Of a DNA stretch of 64,000 nucleotides, positions 52,030 to 64,000 are shown in pieces. This stretch comes from Isurus oxyrinchus (Eukaryota): assembly GCA_026770705.1 (NCBI GenBank), contig JANJGN010000116.1, forward strand, positions 558,001 through 622,000. Reading direction: 5' to 3'. The position numbers were made by a program, and so were the translations under genes. The notes beneath the pieces were generated by a model. The model was not told the DNA's origin, made no database searches, and saw only the letters and a list, made by a program, of their open reading frames with translations. The number at the start of each line of letters is the position of its first letter. Position 1 is the stretch's first letter.

Positions 52030-53522
52030 TGATGACTTCCAGCTCTGTCTCACCATCCAACTTCTCGATTACTCCACCTCGACTAAATTATGAGGCTGCT
52101 TTCCCCACCCATATCCAGTAGTGAATGATCAGACATTTTCTCTCATTAAATATCGGAAAGCTGGAAGCCATTGCCTCTGTTAAATTTGACTATGTTCCTC
52201 TGCTGAAAAGTTGTCTGGGGCTAAACAAGGCTGCTTGCAAACTGAATGTGGGAGCTGACCTTGAGATTAGCTTTTGATGACATATCCCTTCTATCTCGTA
52301 GCCGGTATTTATCCATCTTCGCAACATTTTCCAACTTTGCCAAGTCCCAGCTGATCTGCTGTGGAAACCTTCATTCTATAGTCTTTGTTACCTGAAGTCT
52401 TTGCTGTTCCAATGCACACCTGCCCCTCCTCCTACATTCTGCCGCTTTTAAACTTGTGGTCATCCAAATCTCTGTTACCCGAGTCCTTATCAACAACAAA
52501 TCACGTTCACTGATCATGCCTATGCTTGCTGGCCTAATACATCTCCCGATCAATCAAATCCTTCATTTTAAAATCCTCATCTTTGCTTGCAAGCCTCACC
52601 TTCCCCACTGTTACGATATAAAGTATAATTCTTTGTTCGGATATGATCAATATTCGTGGAATTAAAGGAGACAACTGATTATAAATGTCACTTTATTACA
52701 TTTACATACCGACAAGCAATAACATCACGTCCTTCTGCTCGTCGGGGACACCGTGGTGACGGCTGTTCGAGAGCTATCCTCATGTTCCTTGGCACTCGTC
52801 GTGAACCAGTTTCACTGGTGAAGGCCCAATTATTGTAGCAATAATCTCACATCCTTCTACAAATTGTAGACAACGTGGTGGCGGCTTGTCCAGAGATATC
52901 TTCAGGTTCCTTGCCACCGGTGGTGAACGCAGTGCATAGGTGAATTCGGAATTCGACTAGATGGTGCCCGCCTTTATAGAATGGTATAAACAAAGGACTT
53001 ATCTTGTTTGCTACGTTCTTTCTCGTGTTAGTCACTGCCAGCTGTTGTTAGCATGTATTAGACAGTTTATACTATATTAACCCATGAATATTATGTTAAG
53101 ACTGTGACAATCCGCAGATTCCCACATTCAGCCTCCCTCCTCCGTCCAAACCCCAAAACCCATTACCACAAGTTCTCACCCATTTTATATCTGAAATCTC
53201 CTCCAACTCCATGGACCGTGATGACATTTCCAACCTTATGAATCGGGCATCGTAGACATTTCCAGTTTTAATTGTTCCAGAATTCGGACCCTGTTTTGGA
53301 CTTGCTCCCTGAATTTCCAACCACAAACATTTCCGCCTCTCTACGTCTCTTCTTCCTTTCACGATGCTCCATAAAGTTGCACTCTTTGACCAAGCTTTTT
53401 GCCACCGTCCTAAGTGTTCCTCAATTGCTCCCTATCTATTTTGATTTTATGGCACTTATTTGAAGAGCCTCGAGAGATTTTATAACGTTAATGGCACTAT
53501 ATACATATAAGCTCTAGTTGTT
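52030..53522 (+). mobile_element. L2 LINE RT to 3' end, interrupted
   Basis: ctgatgacttccagctc (DDTQL), ETFIL.FVT..L, HFKILIF, and L2 tail ggcactatatacatataagctctagttgtt. Confidence 0.7.
52609..53109 (-). mobile_element. Candidate solo LTR inserted in L2
   Basis: tgttac...gtgaca termini, minus-strand TATAAA (~52972) and AATAAA (~52692) in LTR order; no TSD seen. Confidence 0.4.
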
Positions 53523-54030
53523 GCCACTTACATCCCATCCTTCCTTAACATTGGAGTTGGTTGCATTTCAATCATGGAAAACAAATGGCTGTAGAAGAAT
53601 TACAGATAAATGACTACAAATAAAACGACTCATATTAAAATATCAGCTGAAGTCGCAAGCCTGCCACAATCAGCCTCCTGCTACCAAGCATTCCCCTACA
53701 ACTGCTACACCGCACCATCCCTGTTAGTGACTCCTGTCTTGGGTTATTAGAGTCTGGGTCTCTTTGATGTAGGTCGCTCACTTTCAGCATTCCCCTACCT
53801 GATTCCGAAAGACTCTGTTACCTTTTAAATGAAATATGTATGAAGGGCATTCAGTGTTAAATTGTTTATTTGATTGGGGAAAAAAGTGCCATCAATGCTT
53901 GCCTAAAATTCTGGAAGGAAACAGTGCTGTCAATTGCAAATAGAAGCACATCTGTAAATTTCCCCGCAATTTATGGCCAGGTGTTCCTGAGTGTCCCCCA
54001 TTATTTAACTCTTCTCCCTCTTTCTTGCAG

Positions 54031-54971
54031 TGAACCTACTGACAATAGTGACTCTCTGCAAAGGAAATTGCCACCTTCCCATAAGTATCTCTATATACAT
54101 GGTGGCCATGGCAGCAGTGGATCTACTGGCCAGGCTCATCCATAGAATTGGGCATCAAATTATGCGGGAACGTTTTCCAAATTCAATCCTCTCCTATACC
54201 TTTATTTGTAAACTTATGTTGTACATGACTTCTACCAATGTTGGTTTGTCCGTCTGGTTTACAGTCTCCTTCACATGTGACCGGTTTGTTGCTATATGTT
54301 GTGAGAAACTGAAAACCAGATATTGCACAGTGAGAACTGCGTCCATCATCATAATAATTGTTTCTGTGCTAATTTGTTTAGAGAGCATCCCTTTTTGGCT
54401 TGCATTTGAACATAAAATAATAATTAACAATATTGAGTGGGGTTTCATCCCCAGTATGTCCTTTCTCAGATCGCCTGCAGGCGGAGCCTACTTCAGATTA
54501 CAAAGTTTTCTATTTTCATTGATTCCTTTTGCTTTGATATTACTATTTAATTGTTTAACAGTGAGACGCATTATCATAACCAATATTACCCGCAGGAGAC
54601 TCCGGGCTCCCAGGACTGGGAATCAGCGCGATGCAGAGATGGAGAACCAAAGGAAATCCATTATTTTACTGTTCGCCCTGTCGGCAAATTTTATATTGTT
54701 AAGTCTGATATCAGTAGTGAGTCAGTGGACTGATGCCCTGGTTCTAATATTCCGACGAGAATATACAAACCCTGCATATATTGTCAATGAGACTGGATAC
54801 ATGCTCACCCAGTTGAAGTCTTGTACAAACACATGCATTTATGCAGCGACACAAACAAAGTTCAGAGATGAGCTCATTAGTGTGGTCAAATCTCCTTGGA
54901 AATTTGTTTTGTCGTTGGGTACAAGTATGAATAAAAACAAAGCCAAATGTCCTGCCCTTGTTGGAGAATAA
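54031..54971 (+). CDS. GPR139/GPR142-like class A GPCR, coding exon 2 (full protein 336 aa)
   Basis: Polypyrimidine tract + ttgcAG acceptor at 54030; open 7TM frame with MAAVDL (TM2), SVWFTVSFTCDRFVAIC (TM3), IPF, IPFALILLFN (TM5), RKSIILLF (TM6), CTNTCIY (TM7). 70+941=1011 nt. Confidence 0.93.
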
Positions 54972-56459
54972 TTACAGCCCTTGTTTCCATATAGAATAGC
55001 CAACTTTCCATTTAGATCAAAGGAGTTGGTTGTCATTGAAAATCAAGAGGAATCAGAAAGCATTTCCTGAATTTAGTGCCGTGTGTTTCATGTCTATTGT
55101 TCTCCAACACTGTACAGCTCAATTCCCTGATTAAACCTTCCACTTTATACCCCAGATTCAAAGGGAATAGTCACGTTTGAGGTTCAAATAGGGAATCGAA
55201 CATGGGGGAGTCTGCATTTACTGCCATACACTCCAGCTACTGGAATAATGTTCTCTGGTAAATTAATTTATCGCATCCTTTAGGATAGAAGGTGTTGAAA
55301 ACTAGATTGTTTATCGTTAACCTGTAATATTGGTGTGGATGTTACAAACCCTGGTGCCTCCATCAGATTCCAGCTTCCATTTCTTCCGGAGGTAAAAGAA
55401 AAGTGTCATGTCCGTGATCTGTATCAAATTATAAGGCAACAAGAACTTGGTTCAACGTATTAACTATAACTCTCAATTGGTCGTGAAAATGTTGGTATTT
55501 TCAAAGAGGCGAATGGCCATTCCAAACAGCCAAAACTTGTGGACCTTTAGCCTCCAATCAAGAAAATAGTCGCAACAGTTTATGCCGGCACTTATGAACA
55601 TCATCTGGCTATTTTTGTTCACCAACATATTTATTTTCATCTTTATTTTGGAATAATTTCTGTCTCTGCGAAATCCACTGTCTCCCAGTTGCCGGTAAAG
55701 ATTTTTGTTCACCATCAATTCTAAATGATTCTGGCATTGAATATTTTATATCTGACGTTTAGTTCTTGACCCCTGATCTAACAGAAGGTATCAGCATCCA
55801 TTTGTCCAGTCCTCTTGAAGGTTAACCAGTTGGGTACGACTCAACGAATTAAAAATAAAAACTCACTTGATAACCGTGTGGTGTCCTTCTGCCAAGGAAA
55901 CCTCTGAACGTGCACCATTTTACTTAGTATGAAAGATACAGAAAAACAAGAACAGACATGCCGTTTCAATGTTACATTGATGGGATATTTATCTAGAGTG
56001 AAAGTATCCATAAAATGAATATATTAAACTTAATGCAATCATGCATTGCGTACTGGGGCTCATAGTCTGTTGCACATGAACACGCATATGCTGACTCAAC
56101 GCTTTTCTATCCATTAGGCCTCTGATACTGAACTCGGCATTCTGCTATGTTTTTTTCATCCACGAACAGTAGCCAGGCTGATTGTCATTTCAATTTCCCG
56201 CTTGTTCTTATTATTCCATATTTAATAAATCTATGGCGAATCACTTCAGTGTTCAAGAATATGGCTGCAAACCTTACATGTCCAATGAACTTCGAACTTC
56301 AATTCTGGAACAGATTCATTCATTCAGAATTGTGATTTAATTCGTTTCCCGTCACACTTCAATGTTCCATAACATCGTTAGGCTCACGGAAAGTCAACCT
56401 CCTAATTGTAGTGTTCAGTGGCATCCAGGCTCTGCCAATCCTGCTGGCAGTCAGCTTTC

Positions 56460-58105
56460 TGAAACAAAAACAAAAATACCTGAAAAAACTCAGCTGGTCT
56501 TACAGCATCTGCGGAGAAGTACACAGTCGACGTTTCGAGTCCATATGATTCTTCATCAGAACTAAGGAAATAGAAAAATGAGGTGAAATATAAGCTGGTA
56601 GAGGTGAGTGGGTCAGGTAATGCTGGATAGGGGCCCAGTGATAGGTGTAGGCACAGAAGCGATTGCCAAAGATGTCATAGAGAAAAGGGAAAAAAAAGTG
56701 GTGTTGATGGTGGTGATGTTATCTAAGGAATATGATAATGTGGACATTAAGGGAAGCAAGCAGAACAAGCTAGACGTGGACGGCCCTGGTGGGGGTGGGG
56801 GTGGGGGTGGGGGAAGGGATCGAAAGGTACAGATAAAACAATAGATCGAAATAAATTTTAAAAATAGGTTGGAAAAGAAAAATATATATATTTTTAAAGT
56901 ATACATTATTGGAAAAAGCGGGAGTGGAGGGGCTGGTGGAGAGTTCATGATAGGAAATTGTTAAACTCAATATTAACTCCGGAAGCCTGTAATGTGCCTA
57001 GTCAGAAGATGAGGTGCAATTGTAGCAAGCTAAGGATGGACATGTAGGCATGAGAGCAGGTTGATGTGTTGAAATGGCAAGCATCAGGGACGTCTGGGTC
57101 ATGATTGCGCTCAGACCGATGGTGTTCCGCAAAGCTGTCACACAGTCTGCATTTGGTCTCTCCAATGTAGAGGAACCCGCATTGGGAGTATCGAATGCAG
57201 TTGACTAAATTGAGAGACGTGCAAGTGAAGCTCTACTTCACTGGAAAGGGGTGTTTTGGCCCTTGGATGGTGAGGAGGGGGGAATAAAGGGGCCAGTGTT
57301 GCACGATCTGTAGATGCATGGGAAGGTTCAGTGGGAGGGGGTTGAGGTGTAGGGTGTGATGGCAGAGTGGACCAGGGTGTCCCGGAGGAACGTTCCATGT
57401 GAAAAGCCGCCGGGAGGCAGGAGGGGTGGGTGAAGGCAAAATCTTTTTGGTGCTAGCAGCATGCTGGAGTTGGCAAAAATAGGGGACGATGCTCCTTTCA
57501 ACGTGGAGGCTGTAGGGTGATAAGTGAGGACAAGGGGGACCCAATAATTCTTCTGGGAGGGAGGTAAAGGTGTGAGGGCGAATGCACGGGAGATGGACCG
57601 GACACGGTTGAGGGCTCTGTCAACAACCGTGTGTGGAAAACATCAGTTAAGGAAGAAGGCAGACATGTCAGAGGAACTGTTTTGGCAAGTGGCGTCATCA
57701 GAGCAGATGGCACAGAGGGGAAGGAACAGAGAGATTGGGATACAGTCCTTAAAGAAAGAGGGGTGTGAGGAGCTGTATTCGAGGTAGCTGTGGGAGTCGG
57801 TGGGCTTGTAATGAATATTGGTGGACAACCTGTGACCAGAAATTGAGACTGAGAGGTCAAAAATGGGAAGGGAAGTGTTAGTGTTGGACCACGTGAAAAT
57901 GATGGAGGGGTGTAAATCAGAGAAAAAAAAAATATTTTTTTCCAGATCCAGGAGAGATCATGAAGCGGCACTGAAACATTTATTGATGTAGTTTGAGAAA
58001 CATTTGTGGAAACTGAGTAGTACTGGAACAGGTAATGTCCCACATACCGCATGAAGACAGGCATTAATGGGGTCAATGCATTACCCATATCCACGTCATT
58101 TAATT
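56460..58105 (-). mobile_element. Penelope-like element (RT C-terminus + GIY-YIG + terminal repeat)
   Basis: DMGNALTP..VFMRYV, STNIHYKPTDSHSYLEYSSSHP..KDCIP, and a decayed CSRCG.LYIGETK region (~57160-57210). Confidence 0.9.
56525..56563 (-). ncRNA. Minimal type I hammerhead ribozyme motif in the Penelope terminus
   Basis: Minus strand AGTT-CTGATGA-A-GAATC-ATATG-GACTC-GAAA-C-GTC-GACT: intact CUGAUGA and GAAA cores, stem I AGUU/GACU, stem II with one mismatch, GUC cleavage triplet. Confidence 0.75.
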
Positions 58106-59940
58106 GCTCTCTGGAACTGCTTTCTGAAACTGGTGAACAGCTGCTCTTGTTTCTGCGCATAAATTGCATTTTCCTTTATCTGTATTCAGACGTGAAGTAC
58201 CATTTAAGGCAGGCGTCGGGCAGCAGATAGATGGTTTAATTATGTCGAACAGCGATTAATCAAAAACTATCTACTATGAGCATCAATGTCCAGTCAACAA
58301 TACATAAAATAAGTAATGGAAAATTTAACCCTTTACACTACGGTGTCAAATGCATTTACATATGTATGTATTTTCATAACCCTGTTTGTACGTGTAGACT
58401 TCTTGTTTTCCCTTAGGTAGCTCTTTTTTTTCTAATTAACAGTCACGGAGTATCCCCGACATTGCTATCCCTTGCGTCAATAATTAAGCCATTATTTTAA
58501 CTTGCGTCCACTACTTCAAAATAAATACATATCGCTTTCCCCTGATACGTCCATTCATTCCATTTCAATTTAGACAGCTCGTGTGTTACTCAAAACGAAA
58601 GAATATCAGAGGAGAGCTAATTATTTTGTGAATCCTCCTTGAATACTTATTTTGCCATTGGGTGAAAATTTGAAAAATCTAACCAAAAATTCCAGTCCGA
58701 GTTGGAGCACAGTTCGTGTGCTTCATTGAGTTATCTTGCCCGCCTATCAGACAACTCTCGATTATCAGTAAATTGACGGGAGGTGCTGTTGAAGTGCTAT
58801 CAAGCATCGCTTGCACACCAATAAAATGCTCACTGATGCGGTCGTAACTTTGCCTCACGATTTCCTTCAAAAATTACTCAGCGCTGCAGCCGGTAGAGGC
58901 AATTCCGGCTGCAGTAAATTGAAACGGGTATCGGCTCAATGTTATACGTGGCCATCGGTACTTGCCTCCGCTTCACTGCTACTTGGAAGATTAGGGCCCA
59001 TGTCTAAATCCCATAGAAGTTGAAACGCTGTTCTGTCCTACTCTCTGACCTGTGAACTTCACTGTGTCACAGATTAGTGACCACTACTGTACGGAAGCAA
59101 TAACTGCAACATAAGCGGAAAACTTCAAAGTCTGTCAGGGAATAGATTCTGCACGCTCGTATTCTTTCACAGTTAAAATGTAAATATGAAATGAACCAAT
59201 TCTTAACAAAAAAGTTCTCCTTTTTTGTTTCAATATTTGCAAACTTGCTCCATTGCCTTTTTACTATGGGTTAAACAGTAGTTCTGTGGAATTCCCATAA
59301 TACCATCTACATTTTCTTAAACAAAACCAAAACACAATTAAACAAAGAACGAAGCGCAATGCTGAGAGTTTCACAGGAAACAATCAAATCGGAGAGGAAT
59401 GATATCCGAGAAGAATAAATCTGAAAGAAAGGCGGACAATTGAAAGAGTCAGTTTTAGCCGGCAGATTCTGTGCAGTAGAGTATATCGGGGATCAGCTCT
59501 AGGATCCTTGTATAGACCTGAATTGTTATTCCTCCCTTTCTCTCTCCAGTGATATTACTGCTGAGTCTTTCCAGCAACTTATGTTATTATTTACGAATCC
59601 CAGCGTGTGCAGTAATACATCTCGCTTTTTGAAGACTAAACAACCCTTGTGCGGCAATCGATATTTAAATAAGAAATAGGGAACATCAGAGTGAAACTTA
59701 TCCGAGAATGACTGAATTTCACTTAATCCGAGTAATTTCATTTTCGTTCCACGGTGCAGCTCACGGAAAATCATAATTATTAAAAATGCGAAAAAAGGAA
59801 AAAAGCCTGAGTGAAAATTTAAATAGGTTTGTATTCCAATTAGACCCGCATGTATTGTCCAATTAAAATGCCTCCGAACCGCTTGAAGTGTACTTGCACT
59901 CTTATAGTTAACGGCTTCACGAATTTAGAGTTTGCATACT

Positions 59941-60011
59941 AGCATGGACGGGAATCGAAATCGGATTCAATGCTTTGGAAATAACCATGCTAGTCACTAT
60001 ATCACCATCTT
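59941..60011 (-). tRNA. tRNA-Gly(TCC) pseudogene
   Basis: gcatggacgggaatcgaaatcggattcaatgctttggaaataaccatgctagtcactatatcaccatc matches the reverse complement of tRNA-Gly-TCC. Confidence 0.7.
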
Positions 60012-60609
60012 TGACTGGTGAGGAGCTTTGGCGATTTTTTTTTCCAGATTTTATTACTGATCTGTTCCTCTTTGGTAATCAGTATTTTTTTCCACTCCCA
60101 TGAAATATTAAGGATACGCTGATAATGATGTAACTTTTCTTAGTGTAAAGGTGTAGCTAATACCTGCAACATTTGATGAGATTCACAGATGTCTTTTTCT
60201 GAAGCTCACATCAGTCATTCACTCAAGATAAATGTTAAGTTCAATTGTTGTTCAAAAGATTCAGACCTAGCACCCATACATTTCCAGACACCAGACACAT
60301 GCTCCATTATGGAACTCTTATTCTGTCCGCCCCCTCCCCAATCTCCCCATTCATTAAATAATGACCTATGTTCCATTGTGCGGCAGATTTTCAAAGTGCA
60401 CACAATCTTGGGCAAAGGGTGCAAAAAACTAGGAAATTATGAGCAACCTGTGTGAAACACTGCTTTGACCTTAGCTACAGTATTGTGCCCAGTTTTCATT
60501 GCCACACTTAGGAAGTAGTGAAATTCAAACACTTACAGTCCCAATTGCCAAACATTACTATTTTCGTTACAACTGTATTTCTGGAAGCTGATTATAATTA
60601 AATAGAAAA

Positions 60610-61033
60610 CACATAATTGGAATCAGGCATTAGAAATTGATGTCGGTTGTTACGGAGGACACATTGAGTGGAGATTAAGATTGTAAATCTCTCCAAGGGC
60701 CTTTCACATTTCAGTGTAACCTGAAACTGAATTTGAACAATAGACTGATACGCTTCAGTGTTTCCACTGATATTGTTCAAGTTGGGATCAAATCCTGCCG
60801 GACAATTTCTGCACATAAGAACATTAATATCAACGATTCCTGGGACAGGTTTCACTGAGAGAGATGAAGAGTCAGTGGACGAACTGTCACAGTTGTTCTG
60901 TTCCCGACTCTCCAGCTCTCTGTCTGCTATTGAGGAAATTGTCTCGCAGGAAATGTGTTTCGAATTCCGCCCGATTAACACTAGATGAATAGAACGCTGC
61001 TGATCCAATTTCCAGTATCTGGCTCCTGGTGAG
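60610..61033 (+). repeat. Duplication block B, copy 2
   Basis: Collinear with 19690-20130. Confidence 0.8.
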
Positions 61034-61179
61034 GACACCGCTGGATTTTGCGTGCAATTGGAAGGATGCAATAATGACTAAGCATTGGGTACAGAGCAGT
61101 AACTTCCGTATCTCAAACAAAGGGATTAATGCGTCTCTTTGCGTCAATCAGGAGATTTATTAAACTCAATAAATCATAC

Positions 61180-61745
61180 AGGATTAGAATGATGCAGCAC
61201 AGAAGCGATGCCATTCAGACATCATGCCTGTGCGGGCACTCTAAAGGAGCTAATCAATTAGTTCCACTACTCTTTCCTTCCTCCATAACCCTGTGACCTC
61301 CCAACATCACGGATTTGTTAAAATCCATTATTTAAGTTATTACTGTACCTGCTTCTACCACCCATTCAGGCTGTGAATTCCAGATTAAGACAATCTGCTG
61401 CATCAAAGAAGTCTTCTCATATCCCCCTCTTATCATTTTGTCAATTATCTACCCTCTGGTTAGCGCCTCTTCCCTCAATGGAAACAGGTTGTTATGATTT
61501 AGTTTAGCAGTTTGCTTAACTCCATTAAACCTCGTCTTAACACCTGCTGGAAGGAGAAGAATCCATCTTCCTTCTCTTTCCATGTAACTGCAGTCCCGCG
61601 CCTCTGTACTCTACTAGCATATCTCATTTGCAAAATCTTTAGCACCTTGACATCTTTCCTAAAGCATGCGGCGAGGAATGGGTGATAATACGCCAGCTGG
61701 GTTCTGACCAATCATTCAGAAAGGTTCAGTATATCTTCCCTGCTT
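61180..61745 (-). mobile_element. CR1 LINE 3' fragment
   Basis: VRTQLAYYHPFLAACFRKDVKVL...LRRGL. Confidence 0.7.
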
Positions 61746-61799
61746 TTGGATTGCGGCCCTGTTCAGATTTCTAACTCTGGGAGGACAGATGTAGCTTTA

Positions 61800-62960
61800 T
61801 TCCCTCTCTTGACTTTACTCTTCCTGGACACTTGCAGCAGTTAACGTATGACAGGCACGTTTCCCACATCTTCCTTCCCACATTGCGTAATCGAGCTCAT
61901 ATCGCCCCCCCAGCAGCCCCAAAAGGCAGCTGGGTCTTCGGATCTACATCCTCCGATGAGGTCTCATCCTTCTCCAGGTTGTACTCTGGCAGGGATTCGC
62001 CTCTTTGCATAGCTTGATTGATAAGAGCTCAAAATACTGCGATCTTGTTGGAAACCCTCTTGGGAGGGCATTGGGTGAGCTCCCTGAACGGTCCAGACAT
62101 CTGAAAGCATCTTCAGAAGCTGTGTGGTCTGCTCCATCGGAAATATGTGGAGTACTGAGCACCATTTCACCTCTCCTCGGAACGAGTCTTAGGGTGAAGC
62201 ACTGGTGTCATCAGCCAGCTTTTCAGTGCCCACCCCTTATCTCCAAGCAACCATCCCTGTAGACATAATGGCCCCTCGAAAATATCAGGCACCCGAGTTT
62301 GACTTAGTGTGTAGGATTTCTGGCAACTCCTAGGGTAAACCTTCATAAACGTGCAGGATGGGCTTTGGGTGATCACACACCAGTTATACCTTGATGGAAC
62401 GATTGTCCTTGCGGTTTATAAATATTGTAGGCTGCTACCATGGAGCCCGTACATCTATAATGGTGCAATCTAGTTCACGCTGCACTTTTGCGAAGCTTGA
62501 GATGCTGGCGAAGCCGGTATATTTCACAGCCTGATGATCTTCGCCCAGAATGAGCCAGACTAAATGACAGGCCTTCCAACAAAGTGCAACCGTAACCTTA
62601 TTTGTGCAACAATGTGCTGCGGACTGACTAACGCCACGCTGCCTGCTTGTTGAACATTTCAAAGATCCAGAAGCTAACAAATTGAGTGCAGTGGTCACCT
62701 TCAAAGCCACTGGCCAGGCATAGTCTCCAAATGAACGTGGGTCATATATTCACCAAGAATGTGGCAAATATGACATACCTGAGCTGGGGACAAGGGCAGA
62801 CGTGCATGGCAATGCCACTCATTTGATCTGTAAGTAGGAGACTCTTCAACGCTATGCCCTAGGTCTGGTGAGCCACCCCATTGTCTGGGAACAGCTACTG
62901 GCACTGCAAATGATGCTCTGGCTCTGCCTGACCATTTACCTCCTTCTGGATGCACGCAGC
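61800..62960 (-). mobile_element. PIF/Harbinger (HARBI1-like) transposase relic
   Basis: ALKVTTALNLLASGS..GVSQSAAH..FAKVQRELDCT, GWLLGDKGWALKSWLMTP, EQTTQLLKM/FRCLDRSG. Confidence 0.9.
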
Positions 62961-64000
62961 GCCTTGTCTCCCTCCCCTGCCTCCTTGCTTACGTTAGGAC
63001 CCTGACAAGGGCAGCATTGAGCACAATATCGCTGTCACCTTTTACCTTCCCTCTGAAAGGGAAATTTGAAGGTATTAACAGTTAGAGGCAACAAAGTTAA
63101 CCTGTGAGGATGACACGTTTGGAGAATGTAAGGGTCCACAGATTTTTCTTCCATACCTGCATAGTGGCTGAAGCCAGCTTGTCCCTGAGACAGAAACACA
63201 CAAACTGGGGTGACCAAGGTGGCATCGAGGATGTGTAAAATCTTGAGATCTGGGTGGGATGCTACAGATCAAAAGAGATGATTGGTCCAACCTAGCTCTG
63301 TGCTTCAATCTCTGATATCACAATCAATGATCAATCAGTGATTGGATGACCTTTGCCCCATAAGGTGCGGCAACCCTGGTGAACACGTGGCAGATTGATG
63401 AAGTTTCCTAAATGATGCCGGTATTCCTTCTTCACTATAGCTTGCATTCGTAAATCCTCTTCCTAAGTGCTTCTATTGAGGTGCAGTGACTGTGGTTTTA
63501 AGCCACTAAGTTCAGAGTAACTCTTTAACACTGTTAAAGAAACCATTGGCTTTCAGGGCCTTTCCATCCAAGGAATTCTCCCTCCTTTACTTTTAAGCGG
63601 ATTATTGCTCACTCCTGCGGGAACAAAGGTTTAGAGTTCATTCCGAGAAAGGGCACACTCGTGTTCACCCTTCCCCCTAACTGCCGTTTCACAGCCTTCC
63701 CCTCCGCCTGTTGCACTGGTGTTCACACTTTACCCTGGCGGCCATTGCACAACCTTCCTTCCCAACTGTCTCCCTCATGTTAGCCCGTGCAAATGTATGC
63801 CATCACACGAGCTTCACTCCCCGATAACCCCTCGTGTTCATGAAGCCAGCCCTCGCCTCACAGCCCACCCCAAGTTGAAGTTTAAGTCACTAAATTTGGA
63901 AGCATGCATGTGTATCGCAGTGCAGTGGTGCTTCTCGGGACAAGGTAGGCAAAGAGCAGGAGTACCCGACAGCCTGAGGAAAGTGGCATCCATCGCAATA

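Noticed and set aside
55178-55240. gggaatcgaac B-box-like motif
   Set aside because: The rest of the cloverleaf is not recoverable.
57498-58169. 223-aa ORF
   Set aside because: Frameshifted read-through of Penelope RT, not a host gene.
60598-61071. 157-aa minus-strand ORF
   Set aside because: Lies in duplication block B; no equivalent ORF exists in the paralogous copy and no domain is recognisable.
1-64000. CRISPR arrays or prokaryotic operons
   Set aside because: No regularly spaced repeats; the sequence is eukaryotic, with spliceosomal introns and LINEs.

Overview
Repeat-rich vertebrate genomic DNA, most likely from a cartilaginous fish. That assignment is an inference from the mix of CR1, L2, Penelope, Harbinger and SINE families and the GPR139-like receptor type. 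The only convincingly intact protein-coding gene is a two-exon GPR139/GPR142-like class A GPCR (exon 1 47733-47802, exon 2 54031-54971, 336 aa). Its exon 1 is missed by the ORF track. Two decayed paralogues lie at ~9.8-10.8 kb (+) and ~32.6-33.6 kb (-). They are interleaved with about nine degenerate tRNA genes (Ile, Lys, Asp x3, Gly x4), some inside locally duplicated blocks, which suggests a decaying array of tRNA genes plus GPCRs. The rest is mostly transposon relics: two near full-length CR1 LINEs, a second LINE family with a SINE sharing its tail, L2, a Gypsy internal region, hAT, Harbinger and two Penelope families. One Penelope terminus carries a near-intact minimal hammerhead ribozyme motif. 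Two weak Ig V-domain-like relics are also noted. All calls were made by eye, and boundaries of decayed elements are approximate.
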